Shown in pieces: positions 18,602 through 29,101 of a DNA stretch of 64,000 nucleotides. The notes beneath the pieces were generated by a model. It was given only the letters and a program-made list of their open reading frames with translations. It was not told where the DNA came from and ran no database searches. The translations under genes were made by a program, and so were the position numbers. Location: the NCBI GenBank assembly GCA_002009975.1, contig MTLP01000032.1, forward strand, positions 63,442-127,441, read 5' to 3'. This DNA is from Thermococcus sp. JdFR-02. Its GTDB lineage: Archaea; Methanobacteriota_B; Thermococci; Thermococcales; Thermococcaceae. Every line of letters starts with the position of its first letter. Position 1 is the first letter of the stretch.

Positions 18602-19216
18602 TTATCCCTTAAATTCAACCATCTCCTCTTTTATACCTTCTTTCGTTATTATAACTACCTGGATTTTTCTCTCACCTGTGTAAACATCTCTCTTCCCAGC
18701 AGCCCTTACTGCCCTTATTGCGAGGTCTTTTGCCTCTTCTAAGCTCATCTCTTTTTTATATTGATCCTCTAAAACGGCAATTGCAAATGGTGAACCAGAG
18801 CCAGTTGCTGTAAATGTATCCTCAAATATCAGCCCTCCAAGAGGATCTAAATTTGCCAGTGTAGGCTCATCAACATAACCGCCTATGATAATTTGGACTA
18901 TAAATGGAAACCACTTGCTTTCATTTAAGATGTTGCTCAAAAGATTCGCCATAGCCTTGGCACTCATTGGCTTTCCCCATGTGAACTGGTAATACCTTGC
19001 TTCAGCCTCTAGCATTCTAGCGAGCATTTGAACATCTCCAACGCTTCCCGCCGTTGTTATTGCTATTCTATCAGTTATTGGGATAATCTTCCTTATGTTG
19101 GTCGTCTCCACCATGTGATCAAGAGAAGCTTGAGTGTCAGCCGCTAAAACAACACCATCTTTAACTTTAATCCCAATAGTGGTTGTTCCAGTTTTTTTCA
19201 TCTCCATGTTTTTCAC
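18602..19216 (-). CDS. psmB: Proteasome subunit beta
   Basis: KTG/TTTIG propeptide junction, AADTQAS, GSGS, RDVYTG. Confidence 0.95.
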   Translation of the reverse strand: MKNMEMKKTGTTTIGIKVKDGVVLAADTQASLDHMVETTNIRKIIPITDRIAITTAGSVGDVQMLARMLEAEARYYQFTWGKPMSAKAMANLLSNILNESKWFPFIVQIIIGGYVDEPTLANLDPLGGLIFEDTFTATGSGSPFAIAVLEDQYKKEMSLEEAKDLAIRAVRAAGKRDVYTGERKIQVVIITKEGIKEEMVEFKG

Positions 19217-19344
19217 CTCACTACACTATGCTACGTAAGAGAGGCTATTTAAAGTTGACCCAAAGAACAATCTAAAACACAAACTTAAACCATCACGAAG
19301 ATGCAAAATAACCTAAAAAGGAGACATTTAAGGAAATGCTAGAC

Positions 19345-19869
19345 TCACTGTTCTTCCAATAAATCTTTGCAGCTCTCACAGACCCACTTACCCTTTATTT
19401 CAAATAGGGTTCCATATTGACCACAAACTTCACAGAATCCATAAACCTCGGGCTCTTCTACTTCTTCCTCTTCCTCACGGCTGTTGAAATTTGCCAGTGC
19501 AGCCAATAAATCAGCGGCAGTTATGAATCCCACTGGTCTGCCAAGTTTAGTTACCAAAAGCCTTCTAATGCCCTTGTCCATCATTAAGTCAATTGCATCC
19601 TGTATCTCATAATCGTACTCTATTTTTACTGGATTCTTGCTCATTATCTCTTCTATTTTAACTTCCTTTGGATTTTTACCGACCGCAACTACCTTGTCCA
19701 GAATATCTCTATCCGTGACGATTCCTACAATGTCTTCCCCTTTCATAACAACTGCACTACCAACCTTAGCCCTAGCTAAAACTTTAGCAGCCTTATCGAC
19801 GGTATCGGTTGGTTTTACAACCACTGCCTTTCTCCTAAGCACTTGCTCCACAGTAATTCTTGCCCTCAT
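19345..19869 (-). CDS. CBS domain pair protein with C-terminal Zn ribbon
   Basis: VGIVTDRD and VGFITAAD CBS motifs; CEVC...CESC. Confidence 0.9.
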   Translation of the reverse strand: MRARITVEQVLRRKAVVVKPTDTVDKAAKVLARAKVGSAVVMKGEDIVGIVTDRDILDKVVAVGKNPKEVKIEEIMSKNPVKIEYDYEIQDAIDLMMDKGIRRLLVTKLGRPVGFITAADLLAALANFNSREEEEEVEEPEVYGFCEVCGQYGTLFEIKGKWVCESCKDLLEEQ

Positions 19870-19933
19870 TGTTAATTCCCTCCACTATTCTACATGGGCT
19901 TTTATGGAAATAAATTTTAAAAACATTTTGGGA

Positions 19934-20602
19934 CTAGAGATTTCTTCTCGATAAATAATATGTAAGCAAAAATGCTATGCTAAAAAACGCCACAATTGCC
20001 AATATTACTGAAATACCTGCTGGTAACTCGGCACCTTTTGATACTACTTCAGTTGAAGTGGGTGTAGTTGTAGTAGGGACTGGTGAAGCTGTCTTTTCTA
20101 TCGCCATCTTCCTTATTTCCTCAGCAGTTTGTGTTATATTTTCTTGAACGCCCCATTCTCCAACAGGCTTCACAAGAGAATTCACAACCCTATAAACACC
20201 ATAAGCTATAAACCCAGCGATGCTTAAGCTTATGATCTGTATCTTTTCAATTGTCCTTAAAATACGCTTTTTAAAAGAAGTTCTTGCAGGCATTAAAAGA
20301 ATGGGCTTTGGAGAGGCTCTATAAAGTTTTACCTCCTGCAGTCTCTTCCCATACTTCTTTCCAGCAATTTCGATTAACCCAACACGTGACATTTTGTCAA
20401 GATGATACACGACCGTAGAAAGGGGCAAATTCAATCTATCTGCAACCTCAGAAGCGGACAAGCTTTCTTCCTGAAGAAGTTTAAGAATAGATAAAGCTTT
20501 ATCATTGATTAAAATCTGAGCGAGCTCTTTAGCCCTCTCATCATCAACGCTAATTGTCTCAAATTCAACCATAAACTCACCTAAAAGAAAGTGAACAAAC
20601 AA
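19934..20602 (-). CDS. ArsR-family HTH regulator with C-terminal membrane segments
   Basis: LSASEVADRLNLPLSTVVYHL HTH; two hydrophobic segments. Confidence 0.8.
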   Translation of the reverse strand: MFVHFLLGEFMVEFETISVDDERAKELAQILINDKALSILKLLQEESLSASEVADRLNLPLSTVVYHLDKMSRVGLIEIAGKKYGKRLQEVKLYRASPKPILLMPARTSFKKRILRTIEKIQIISLSIAGFIAYGVYRVVNSLVKPVGEWGVQENITQTAEEIRKMAIEKTASPVPTTTTPTSTEVVSKGAELPAGISVILAIVAFFSIAFLLTYYLSRRNL

Positions 20603-20696
20603 ACTATTAAACTTTGCTTTTCACTTCAACTGAGCTTGAAGTAAAAATTTCTTAAATTAAAGATGATAGTGAAAAGGAGAGAAAAGCTAAATCAAA

Positions 20697-20972
20697 TCAT
20701 GGCTTCTCCAAGATTATCTCAATTGTTGATGTGTTTGCTGTCCTGCCGTCAGCTGTTGGTAGCTCCTCTGTGCCGATCTTGATTTCCTTAACTCTAACCT
20801 CTGGCAAGAATCTGTTCCTGACGATCTCTGCAACGTCTACTGCCCTGCTAATGGCTCTACCCCTTGCCTTAACACTAACTTCCTTTGCGCCCTCGTTGAA
20901 TTGGGTTATAACGGCTAAAACATAGTTCATAACAGGCTTCTTTCCAATGTATACAACATGTTCCTCTGCCAT
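20697..20972 (-). CDS. albA: Chromatin protein Alba
   Basis: [34 protein letters not shown]. Confidence 0.97.
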
Positions 20973-21178
20973 CTTTTTGACCTCCTCGAAAAGTTTTGTC
21001 ATAGCACTTTCGTAGTTATCTTATTAAATACTTTTCGGTTTATATACCAACTAAACCCTCAATTTTTCCATAAAATTATCAATTTTGTTAATTTTTCACA
21101 TTACCCTGATGATATATGCATAAAAATGGCAAAAGAAAACAATTTTAAACCCTATTCTTACACTTATTTGGTGATACA

Positions 21179-22534
21179 ATGGCTGTTCATCCTATTGATT
21201 ATCGCTACGGTAGTGAAGAAATGAGGAAAATCTGGGAAGAAGAGACAAAACTCCAAAAGCTTTTAGATGTTGAAGCTGCTTTAGCTAAAGCTCACGCAAA
21301 AATTGGCAACATTCCTCTGGAAAGTGCCCAAGTAATAAGTGAGAAAGCAAGCACTAAGTACGTAAAGCTCGAGAGAGTGAAGGAAATTGAAGCAGAGATA
21401 CATCATGATATAATGGCTGTTGTTAAGGCTTTAAGCGAAGTGTGTGGTGAACATGGGAAATACGTCCATTTAGGAGCAACCTCAAACGACATAATAGATA
21501 CCGCCACCGCCCTACAAATAAGAGATGCTTTAAACATAGTTCTCAAGGATTTGAGAGAGATTAGGACGATTTTAAAAGAACTGGCTAAAGAGCACAAATA
21601 CACGGTCTGCATTGGAAGAACCCATGGTCAGCATGCAGTTCCCACCACCTATGGAATGAAATTCGCCATATGGTTAGACGAAATTCAAAGGCACATAGAT
21701 AGACTGGAACAAGCAAAAGAGAGAATTTTGGTTGGACAGATGAGTGGCGCCGTTGGAACAATGGCTTCTTTTGGTGACAAAGGTCTTGAGATTCAACATT
21801 TGGTCATGGAAGAGCTAAAACTGAAACCTGCAAGAATTAGCAATCAAATAATCCAAAGAGACGTTTATGCTGAATTGATAAGTATATTAGCCCTGATAGC
21901 CTCAACGCTTGACAAGATGGGATTGGAGATTAGAAACCTTCAAAGGACAGAAATTCTCGAAATCAGCGAACCTTTTGGTAAAAAACAAGTCGGCTCTTCA
22001 ACTATGCCCCACAAGAGAAATCCAATAAGAACTGAAAAGATCTGCGGCTTAGCGAGAATTATTTACTCAAACGTTCTCCCTGCTCTACTGAACAATCCAC
22101 TATGGCATGAGAGAGATTTAACAAACTCATCAGCTGAAAGAGTTTTATTACCAGAAACCTTTATGCTCTTAGATGAAATGCTCAAAAACATGAAAAAAGT
22201 TCTTAGTGGCTTGGAGTTTTTCCCAGAGAACATTAAACGCAACTTATACTTAACAAACAACCTAATCATGGCAGAGCCTTTAATGTTAAAGCTCACTGAA
22301 AAGGGCATGGGGAGGCAGGAGGCACACGAATTGGTTAGACAGCTGGCTATGAAAGCTTTTTATGAAAAGAGAGACCTCTTAGATGTTATTAAGGAGAGCG
22401 GAGAAGCGATGCAGTATTTAAGCAAAGAAGACGTCGAAAACCTAAAGCCAGAGAACTACATTGGCTTAGCCCCACAGATAGTGGATAACGTTATTGCGTA
22501 CATAGAAGAGAAGGAAAAGCAAGAAAAGAATTAA
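21179..22534 (+). CDS. purB: Adenylosuccinate lyase
   Basis: HLGATSND, GRTHGQHA, SSTMPHKRNP signature. Confidence 0.96.
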   Translation: MAVHPIDYRYGSEEMRKIWEEETKLQKLLDVEAALAKAHAKIGNIPLESAQVISEKASTKYVKLERVKEIEAEIHHDIMAVVKALSEVCGEHGKYVHLGATSNDIIDTATALQIRDALNIVLKDLREIRTILKELAKEHKYTVCIGRTHGQHAVPTTYGMKFAIWLDEIQRHIDRLEQAKERILVGQMSGAVGTMASFGDKGLEIQHLVMEELKLKPARISNQIIQRDVYAELISILALIASTLDKMGLEIRNLQRTEILEISEPFGKKQVGSSTMPHKRNPIRTEKICGLARIIYSNVLPALLNNPLWHERDLTNSSAERVLLPETFMLLDEMLKNMKKVLSGLEFFPENIKRNLYLTNNLIMAEPLMLKLTEKGMGRQEAHELVRQLAMKAFYEKRDLLDVIKESGEAMQYLSKEDVENLKPENYIGLAPQIVDNVIAYIEEKEKQEKN

Positions 22535-22764
22535 ACGCTCAACTCTTCCGTTTCTTCATATTTTCCTGACTTTTTGACAATTAGATAATAAATCACCGCT
22601 CCAATTATTCCAAGGAAGAAAGCCACTAAGACCCAAATCAATTTTTCTATGTCAGGCATTTTCTTTTGAGCTGTTAGGACATCGTATATAACCCAAATTG
22701 TCGCTATCAACCCAATTAATCCCCAAAGCATGAACCATATACCTAACATGGCAATTCCTAACAT
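22531..22764 (-). CDS. PLDc_N-like small membrane protein
   Basis: WVIYDV...KLIWVLVAFFLGIIGAVIYY pattern. Confidence 0.75.
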   Translation of the reverse strand: MLGIAMLGIWFMLWGLIGLIATIWVIYDVLTAQKKMPDIEKLIWVLVAFFLGIIGAVIYYLIVKKSGKYEETEELSV

Positions 22765-23056
22765 CTTTTTCCCTCCTGAAGTTGTATATCATAACTGTAT
22801 TTTGAAGTAATATAAAAGATTTTTGCCAATATGTTAAAGAAATGCCCAAAAAGTTTTTATATTGACTGCGCAATTTAAAGCTTTGGTGTCTTTAAATGTT
22901 CAGGAGTGAGGGTCTTTGGATTAAGTATTGCTAAAATAAGGAAAATCGCTTTTGAGTTATCTTTTTCTATCGAAAATCAACTTCTGAATAGAATTCTCTC
23001 CAGTAATTGGCAGCTCAAAAATGCTGTTTTTGCTCTTACACTAACAACTATCGGAG

Positions 23057-24364
23057 GTGTTTTGTTTGGCTAGAGAAACTTGGGGAAGTAGAGTAGGTTT
23101 TGTTGCAGCAGCTGTAGGAAGTGCAGTAGGTTTAGGAAACATTTGGATGTTTCCATGGAGAGCAGGGACCTTAGGAGGAGCAGCGTTCTTGATACCATAC
23201 TTGATTTTGCTTTTTGCGATTGGTGTTATAGCACTGACTGTGGAATGGACATTAGGAAGATCAACAAAAGGCGGACCTATAGTGGCGTTTCAAAAAGCAG
23301 GACTTCCAGGAGGCAAATATCTCGGCTTGCTCGTAAACATTGTTATGGTAATGATATTTGCATTCTATTCGCTCGTGCTAGGATGGATACTAAGATACTT
23401 CATAGCAGCATTAACAGGAGAGCTCTTAAAGACCCACCCAGGAGCGTTCTTCGAAGGCTTAGCCTTTAGCAAAGAAGCCATGATATGGCAGTTTGTAGTC
23501 ATAATGCTGACCGTCGCAATAGTAGCACTGGGAGTTCAAAAAGGAATAGAAAAAGCAAACAAGATAATGATGCCCGCACTGTTTGCACTATTAATCATAC
23601 TCGCTGTAAGAAGCGTAACTTTACCAAATGCCTATGAAGGTCTAAAGTTTTATCTATTGCCAGACATAAGCAAGGCATTAGCTCCAAAGACTTGGATGAT
23701 AGCTCTATCCCAAATGTTCTTCTCATTAAGCGTTTTGGGTAACACAATGGTAGTTTATGGAAGCTATCTTAAAGAAAAGGATGATATTCCCCTTTCAGCA
23801 GTTGCAACAGCTTTTGGGGATACAGCAGTCGCTGTTACGGCAGGATTTTTGATCTTCCCAGCAGTATTTGCATTTGGTCTTGAGCCCGGAGCAGGTCCAG
23901 GGTTAGTCTTTGTCACACTACCAATGGTCTTCCAAAAAATGAGCGGAGGAACTTTCTTTGCTACGCTATTTTTCCTACTGCTGCTCTTTGCAGGGCTCTC
24001 ATCAACGGTCTCAATGCTTGAAGTTTACGTTGACTCGGCAATAACAAAGCTAAACATGGATAGGAAGAAAGCAGCGATCCTCTTAGGTCTGTTAACATTC
24101 ATAATTGGAGCACCATCAGCCCTAAGCCCATATTACTTTGAGAGTATTCTAATAAACATCTCAACAGTCTACATAGGACCCTTGGGAGCATTGATAGCGG
24201 CATTAGCTCTAATCAAGTTTGGAATTGAAAAAGCATACGAAGAGGTCAAGAAAGGCGCATTATTTGAGGTTCCAACCTTCTGGAAGCCTTGGGTGAAATA
24301 TGTATATCCAGCCGTGATAGTGCTGATATACCTGTACACAATATATGGAATGTTGGGAGGGTGA
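23057..24364 (+). CDS. NSS-family sodium-dependent transporter
   Basis: RETWGSR, GSAVGLGNIW, FLIPY, QMFFSLS, GPGLVFVTLP. Confidence 0.92.
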   Translation: MFCLARETWGSRVGFVAAAVGSAVGLGNIWMFPWRAGTLGGAAFLIPYLILLFAIGVIALTVEWTLGRSTKGGPIVAFQKAGLPGGKYLGLLVNIVMVMIFAFYSLVLGWILRYFIAALTGELLKTHPGAFFEGLAFSKEAMIWQFVVIMLTVAIVALGVQKGIEKANKIMMPALFALLIILAVRSVTLPNAYEGLKFYLLPDISKALAPKTWMIALSQMFFSLSVLGNTMVVYGSYLKEKDDIPLSAVATAFGDTAVAVTAGFLIFPAVFAFGLEPGAGPGLVFVTLPMVFQKMSGGTFFATLFFLLLLFAGLSSTVSMLEVYVDSAITKLNMDRKKAAILLGLLTFIIGAPSALSPYYFESILINISTVYIGPLGALIAALALIKFGIEKAYEEVKKGALFEVPTFWKPWVKYVYPAVIVLIYLYTIYGMLGG

Positions 24365-24367
24365 AAA

Positions 24368-24472
24368 ATGGATGCAGTCTACATAATTGCGGCAATAGTC
24401 TTAGTAATAGTCTATGGCCCTTTAATATGGGCTTTAAACAAACTAATGAAGGCTGAGCGAGCCTCTTCTTAA
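24368..24472 (+). CDS. 34-aa single-TM protein, MetS-like NSS small subunit
   Basis: MDAVYIIAAIVLVIVYGPLIWALNKLMKAERASS*, with a GGAGGG RBS, 3 nt after the NSS stop. Confidence 0.7.
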   Translation: MDAVYIIAAIVLVIVYGPLIWALNKLMKAERASS

Positions 24473-24486
24473 TTTTTTATTTTTAG

Positions 24487-25557
24487 GTGAAACCCATGAT
24501 AGCTTCAAAACTAAAAGATCTCTCAAAGATAAAACACGATTATGGAAAAGAACCTATCAAAAACAAACTTTTAGACTGCTCTCTTGGAAGTAATCCTTTT
24601 GGATGCTCACCAAAAGTTATAGAGGTTTTGGAAAGCATTAGGCTTGAGGACATATACAGATATCCCCAATCTAATTACAAAACTCTAAAGGAGAGATTAG
24701 TCGAATATTGGGATAACGAATTCAAAGTTGATGACTTATTCATTGGGAACGGCTCTATGGGATGCTTAGAGAAAATTAACAAATTATTAAAGCCCAATTC
24801 AACAGTTCTCGGCTATTCGCCCCAATTTCTGCCATATATAAACGATGTTATTGCCAATGGTGCTGTTTATAAATATGTCCCATTAAAAAAGGAGGAAGAT
24901 TTTGAGATAAGAATAGATAAGATAATTGAGAGACTGTCAGAGAATGTTGCTTTTCTTTATGTTGATAATCCAAACAACCCAACTGGACAAGTTATAAAGC
25001 TTAAGGACATAGAAGAGCTTGTAAAGGAAGCCGAGAGAAAAAACATCGTTGTTATTGTAGACGAAGCTTATGGAGACTTTATGCCAAAAAAGAACTCTGC
25101 AATAAACTTAAACTATGAAAATCTTGTGGTTGTTAGATCATTCTCAAAAGGATTTGGATTGGCTGGAGTTAGGATTGGTTATTGTGTTGTTAAAGGCAAA
25201 GTTTTGAAGAGACTAATTTCAAAAGTAGATATCCCTTTCTCAGTCACAGCAATCTCTGAAAAAATTGCTATAAAAGCGCTGGAGGATAGAGGATTTGTGA
25301 AAAACTCAATAAGAGAAGTGAGAAAAAGGAAGATTAAGCTGTTAAAAGCCTTAAGTAGGAAATTCCACATAGGAAAAACAAGCTTTAGCACGCCAATATT
25401 TCTCTGCGGTGGAAGAGATGCTACTTACTCCTATTTTCTTAAGAGGGGGATACTAACAGTTAGCGGAAAAGAATATTTGAATTTAGATGATTCCTATGTT
25501 CGCATAAGAGTTCCCAAGGAAGTTGATGAACTTCTAAGGAAAATCTCGCTGTTTTAA
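24487..25557 (+). CDS. HisC-like PLP aminotransferase (class I/II)
   Basis: NPNNPTG, DEAY, RSFSKGFGLAGVRIGY. Confidence 0.85.
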   Translation: MKPMIASKLKDLSKIKHDYGKEPIKNKLLDCSLGSNPFGCSPKVIEVLESIRLEDIYRYPQSNYKTLKERLVEYWDNEFKVDDLFIGNGSMGCLEKINKLLKPNSTVLGYSPQFLPYINDVIANGAVYKYVPLKKEEDFEIRIDKIIERLSENVAFLYVDNPNNPTGQVIKLKDIEELVKEAERKNIVVIVDEAYGDFMPKKNSAINLNYENLVVVRSFSKGFGLAGVRIGYCVVKGKVLKRLISKVDIPFSVTAISEKIAIKALEDRGFVKNSIREVRKRKIKLLKALSRKFHIGKTSFSTPIFLCGGRDATYSYFLKRGILTVSGKEYLNLDDSYVRIRVPKEVDELLRKISLF

Positions 25558-26002
25558 TTTTTAGTTACCTTTTGTTATCTTATTGAAACTGTTGGCTATC
25601 TCTCAGTTAATTCCATAAATCGCTACGCAATTAAGTTTTTTAATTGTTACTTTATAATTTTTTAATTTAAAACCCTTATTAATCTTAATTATTAACAAAT
25701 TATAAAGGTAATTTAATATGTTCTAAAGTTTTATAAACCTACAATAATAGAAAATTAAATACATAAACACATCAATAGTATAAAATCAAAAAAGTTTACT
25801 ACTTAAATGCTTAATAAAAAATCGGATGAACAATAGTGGGCATAGCCCAAAGATAAGCAGGGTACGAAAGATAAGAGTTTTTTTCCTATTTATGCCCGAC
25901 TTAGCAATACAATTTCCTATTACAATTCATGGTGGTAAAGAAATGCTCTTAACTTTGAACAACAAGTATGTAAGTATGAAGGGATCATAGTGCGATTGAA
26001 AA

Positions 26003-26371
26003 GTGTCCTTTTGTCTTGGAATACTTATCACAGCTTTAATTATCTTATCAATAAGTATGAGTGTTTCCCTATCAACTTCATTGCTAAATTCACTGGACAA
26101 GCTTGTTCTAATTTATTCTGTTGTTTTATCTCTCCTTTCTATTGTATTTTTTTCTCTGCTTTTTCTTAGAAAGAATGTTAGAGAGCAGTATTCTCAGGAT
26201 ATAAAACAAATATCTAACCTAGAAAGGGAGTTCTTAAGTGTGGCAGGCATTTGGGGAATATTCTTATTCTTTATTGCCTTAATTTTAGTAATTGTTAAAT
26301 TGCTTAGGGAGTTTTGGAGGTTCATAACCCACTTTTTAATGCTCATTCTTGTACACGAATTTTGGATATAA
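26003..26371 (+). CDS. Possible hydrophobic hypothetical protein
   Basis: Three hydrophobic stretches in an AT-rich region; may be a remnant. Confidence 0.35.
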   Translation: MSFCLGILITALIILSISMSVSLSTSLLNSLDKLVLIYSVVLSLLSIVFFSLLFLRKNVREQYSQDIKQISNLEREFLSVAGIWGIFLFFIALILVIVKLLREFWRFITHFLMLILVHEFWI

Positions 26372-26463
26372 GGTTCATTATATCCAAAAACTATGAACAA
26401 ATGAATACAAAGAAACAAACCCAATCATGTGAGAGTTTGAACTAAAAAATGAGAGAAAGGATA

Positions 26464-26793
26464 TTAAGATCCTTTATAACTCCTCCACAAGCCAATTATG
26501 AATGCTGGACCAAGAAGCAATACTGGTGTAGCAATGCTTTTCATGTATAGGTAGAATGATGTTGCCCCCATTCCAAAGGATGCAATATTCAGCAATGCCA
26601 TAAGCCTTTTGTCCCTCTTATTTCTCGTTATTATATCTGAACCTACTTGCTCTATTGACCAAAATGCCAGGAGGATGTATCCAAGAGCTGCTGGAATAGC
26701 TAAGAGTTTTGAAACACCACCTGAGAATGCCCCAATAAATAGGATCACCAATGCTCCTCCTGCATAGAATATAAATCCTAACAACTCTATCAT
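26464..26793 (-). CDS. Hypothetical membrane protein
   Basis: Four TM-like segments; start at MIELLG after a GGAAGGGA RBS. Confidence 0.7.
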   Translation of the reverse strand: MIELLGFIFYAGGALVILFIGAFSGGVSKLLAIPAALGYILLAFWSIEQVGSDIITRNKRDKRLMALLNIASFGMGATSFYLYMKSIATPVLLLGPAFIIGLWRSYKGS

Positions 26794-27170
26794 GTTATCC
26801 CTTCCTATATTGTTACCAATAAACATTTTTAAATGTTTTTCGAGAACATGTTGGCTTACCATCTTTAATTGTAATAGTATCTGTGATTCTAATTCTCGAG
26901 CTTAATTGAGTATTTTTATCAAAACATTATCTTTCACTTTCTGCATGCATATTTACAACCATAAATAGTCAAAATTTTGAATTTTTTACAATTCATAATC
27001 TTAATAAAAAACTTTTTGATATCATAAAATGAAAATCTATATGCGAAGCAGTATTACAAGCATCAATATTTGTCATAATTATAAACATCAACAAATCTAA
27101 AATTCTTAACATTATAATAAGTAACAAATTCATCAATAAATTGAGAGATAAAGCAAGAGAGGTGTTAATA

Positions 27171-27214
27171 TTTGCATATGCACAAAATTTTTAAAGTATT
27201 AGGTAAGCCTAATA
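27171..27214 (+). promoter_or_regulatory. Promoter with TGCATATGCA palindrome, TATA and TATTAGG-N4-CCTAATA box
   Basis: TTTGCATATGCACAAA (27171-27186), TTTTAAA, TATTAGGTAAGCCTAATA (27197-27214). Confidence 0.7.
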
Positions 27215-27228
27215 ATAGAGGTGAGGAA

Positions 27229-28089
27229 ATGCAAATAGCAGTTAGTGGAGGAAAAGGAGGAACAGGGAAATCAACTATTGCCATTAACTTAGCCATAGCT
27301 TTGAAAGAGCATTTTGACCTTGTTTTAGCAGATTTAGATGTAGAAGCACCAAATGATCACTTGCTTTTGGGAGTTGAACTTCAAAATGAAAGTCCAGTGA
27401 ATTCATTCATACCACACTTTGATTATTCAAAATGTATAAGGTGTAAAAAGTGCGCAGAAGTTTGTGAAGAAAACGCCATAATAACAATGAGAGATGGAAC
27501 GCCTTTTCTAATGCCCACTTTATGCTCTGGCTGTAGGGCTTGTGAAATAGTTTGCCCAGTTCATGGAGCTATTTTAGAAGGACAAAAACTTATGGGTTAT
27601 ACTTACGAAACCCAAACTCCCTATGAATTCCCCTTAGTTACGGGTAAACTTCTTGAAGGTGAAGAAAGGGCAATGCCTATTGTTGTTGCTGCAAAAAGAA
27701 GAGCAAAGAAACTCAACAAAGAGCTTTTAGTAGTCGACACTGCTGCTGGAACTAGTAATACAGTTTCAAAAGCTTTGGAGGACTCCCAATTAATAATAGC
27801 TGTTACTGAACCAACGCCTTTAGGTTTACATGATTTAGGGTTAATTTTAGAGTTAGCGAAAATTATGGACATTGAAGCGTGGATAATTATTAACAGATCT
27901 GATTTAGGACCAAAAGAACCTATAAAAGAGCTTGCTGAGAAGTACAGTGCCAAAATTGTTGGTGAAATTCCATATAGTGAGCGCATAATCAAAAGCTACG
28001 TTGAGGGAAAACCCATTATTCTAACTGGATGTGAAGAGTCTGAAATTTTCAGGGGATTAGCTAAAAAGGTTATCAAATACTTGAGGTGA
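27229..28089 (+). CDS. MinD-superfamily P-loop ATPase with inserted 2x[4Fe-4S] ferredoxin
   Basis: SGGKGGTGKST, DLDVEAPN, two CxxCxxCxxxC(P) motifs, VTEPTP. Confidence 0.9.
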   Translation: MQIAVSGGKGGTGKSTIAINLAIALKEHFDLVLADLDVEAPNDHLLLGVELQNESPVNSFIPHFDYSKCIRCKKCAEVCEENAIITMRDGTPFLMPTLCSGCRACEIVCPVHGAILEGQKLMGYTYETQTPYEFPLVTGKLLEGEERAMPIVVAAKRRAKKLNKELLVVDTAAGTSNTVSKALEDSQLIIAVTEPTPLGLHDLGLILELAKIMDIEAWIIINRSDLGPKEPIKELAEKYSAKIVGEIPYSERIIKSYVEGKPIILTGCEESEIFRGLAKKVIKYLR

Positions 28090-28985
28090 TGAAGATGCAA
28101 ATTGTCATTGCGAGCGGCAAAGGAGGAGTTGGAAAATCAACGGTAAGTTCATCATTGATATACCTCCTTAAAGATAAGCATAAAATTATAGCAGTTGATG
28201 CCGATGCTGATGCACCTAACTTAGATTTGCTCTTTGGTGTCGAAACGTGGGAAGAGAAAAAAGAACTAACAGGGGCTAAAGTAGCTAGAATTAATCATGA
28301 CAGATGTATCAAATGTGGTATCTGTGCTGAGAGATGCCCTTATGAGTGTATAAAGCTTATTAACGGGAACTATGTTGTTAGTGACATAACCTGTGAAGGA
28401 TGTGGAGTTTGTGCTTTGGTTTGTCCTGTTAAAGGGACAATAACTCTTGAAGAGGTCCGCTCTGGAGTAATAAAGAAGACGACAACTAAGTATGGTTTTC
28501 CCTTAATTTCCGCTCAATTAGACGTTGGAAGACCAAATTCTGGTAAATTAGTTACAGAAGAAAAGAATTGGGCAAAAAGAATTATGGAAAAGCAAAGATT
28601 AGAACATATGATAGTTGACTCTGCCGCTGGTATAGGCTGTCAGGTTATAGCGAGCGTTGGGGGGGCAGATGTAGCAATACTTGTTGCTGAGCCAACGCCA
28701 GCATCGTTAAGTGACTTAAAGAGGATTTACAAAGTTGTACAACACTTTAGAGAGCCCGCATACATTGTAATCAACAAAGCTGACCTAAACCCCGGGTTTA
28801 AAGGCATTCATGAGTTTGCAGAGCAAGAGGGAATACCAATTTTAGGCGAGATTCCTTATGATAGAGCCATTCCAGAGAGTATGATAAAAATGAAGCCAGT
28901 TGTTGAAGCCTTTCCAGATTCGAAGGCAAGCAAAGCTCTAAAAGAAATTGCAAAGACTGTTGAGGAAGAGATTCTAAAAAAATGA
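28086..28985 (+). CDS. MinD-superfamily P-loop ATPase with inserted ferredoxin (paralog)
   Basis: SGKGGVGKST, DADADAPN, two CxxCxxCxxxCP motifs, GIGC. Confidence 0.9.
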   Translation: MMKMQIVIASGKGGVGKSTVSSSLIYLLKDKHKIIAVDADADAPNLDLLFGVETWEEKKELTGAKVARINHDRCIKCGICAERCPYECIKLINGNYVVSDITCEGCGVCALVCPVKGTITLEEVRSGVIKKTTTKYGFPLISAQLDVGRPNSGKLVTEEKNWAKRIMEKQRLEHMIVDSAAGIGCQVIASVGGADVAILVAEPTPASLSDLKRIYKVVQHFREPAYIVINKADLNPGFKGIHEFAEQEGIPILGEIPYDRAIPESMIKMKPVVEAFPDSKASKALKEIAKTVEEEILKK

Positions 28986-29071
28986 ATATCCAAATTTTGC
29001 GGTTTATGATTTTCCGGAGGTGATGTCCAGCTTATCTCGACAGTCTCCTATCAATCAAAATCCTTAAATAA

Positions 29072-29101
29072 CATAATCACGATTATATAATCATGATTAT
29101 G
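29072..29101. promoter_or_regulatory. Tandem ATAATCRYGATTAT palindromes overlapping the ATPase start
   Basis: CATAATCACGATTATATAATCATGATTATG, immediately after a CTTAAATA TATA-like element. Confidence 0.6.

Noticed and set aside
22896-22934. 12-codon uORF (MFRSEGLWIKYC) in the long NSS transporter leader
   Set aside because: Too short, with no amino-acid bias or clear attenuator structure to support it.
27172-27228. Shared MHMHK N-termini of the ORFs at 27172 and 45899 as a protein motif
   Set aside because: An artefact of ORF extension through the TGCATATGCACAAA DNA palindrome; the real starts are at 27229 and 45986.
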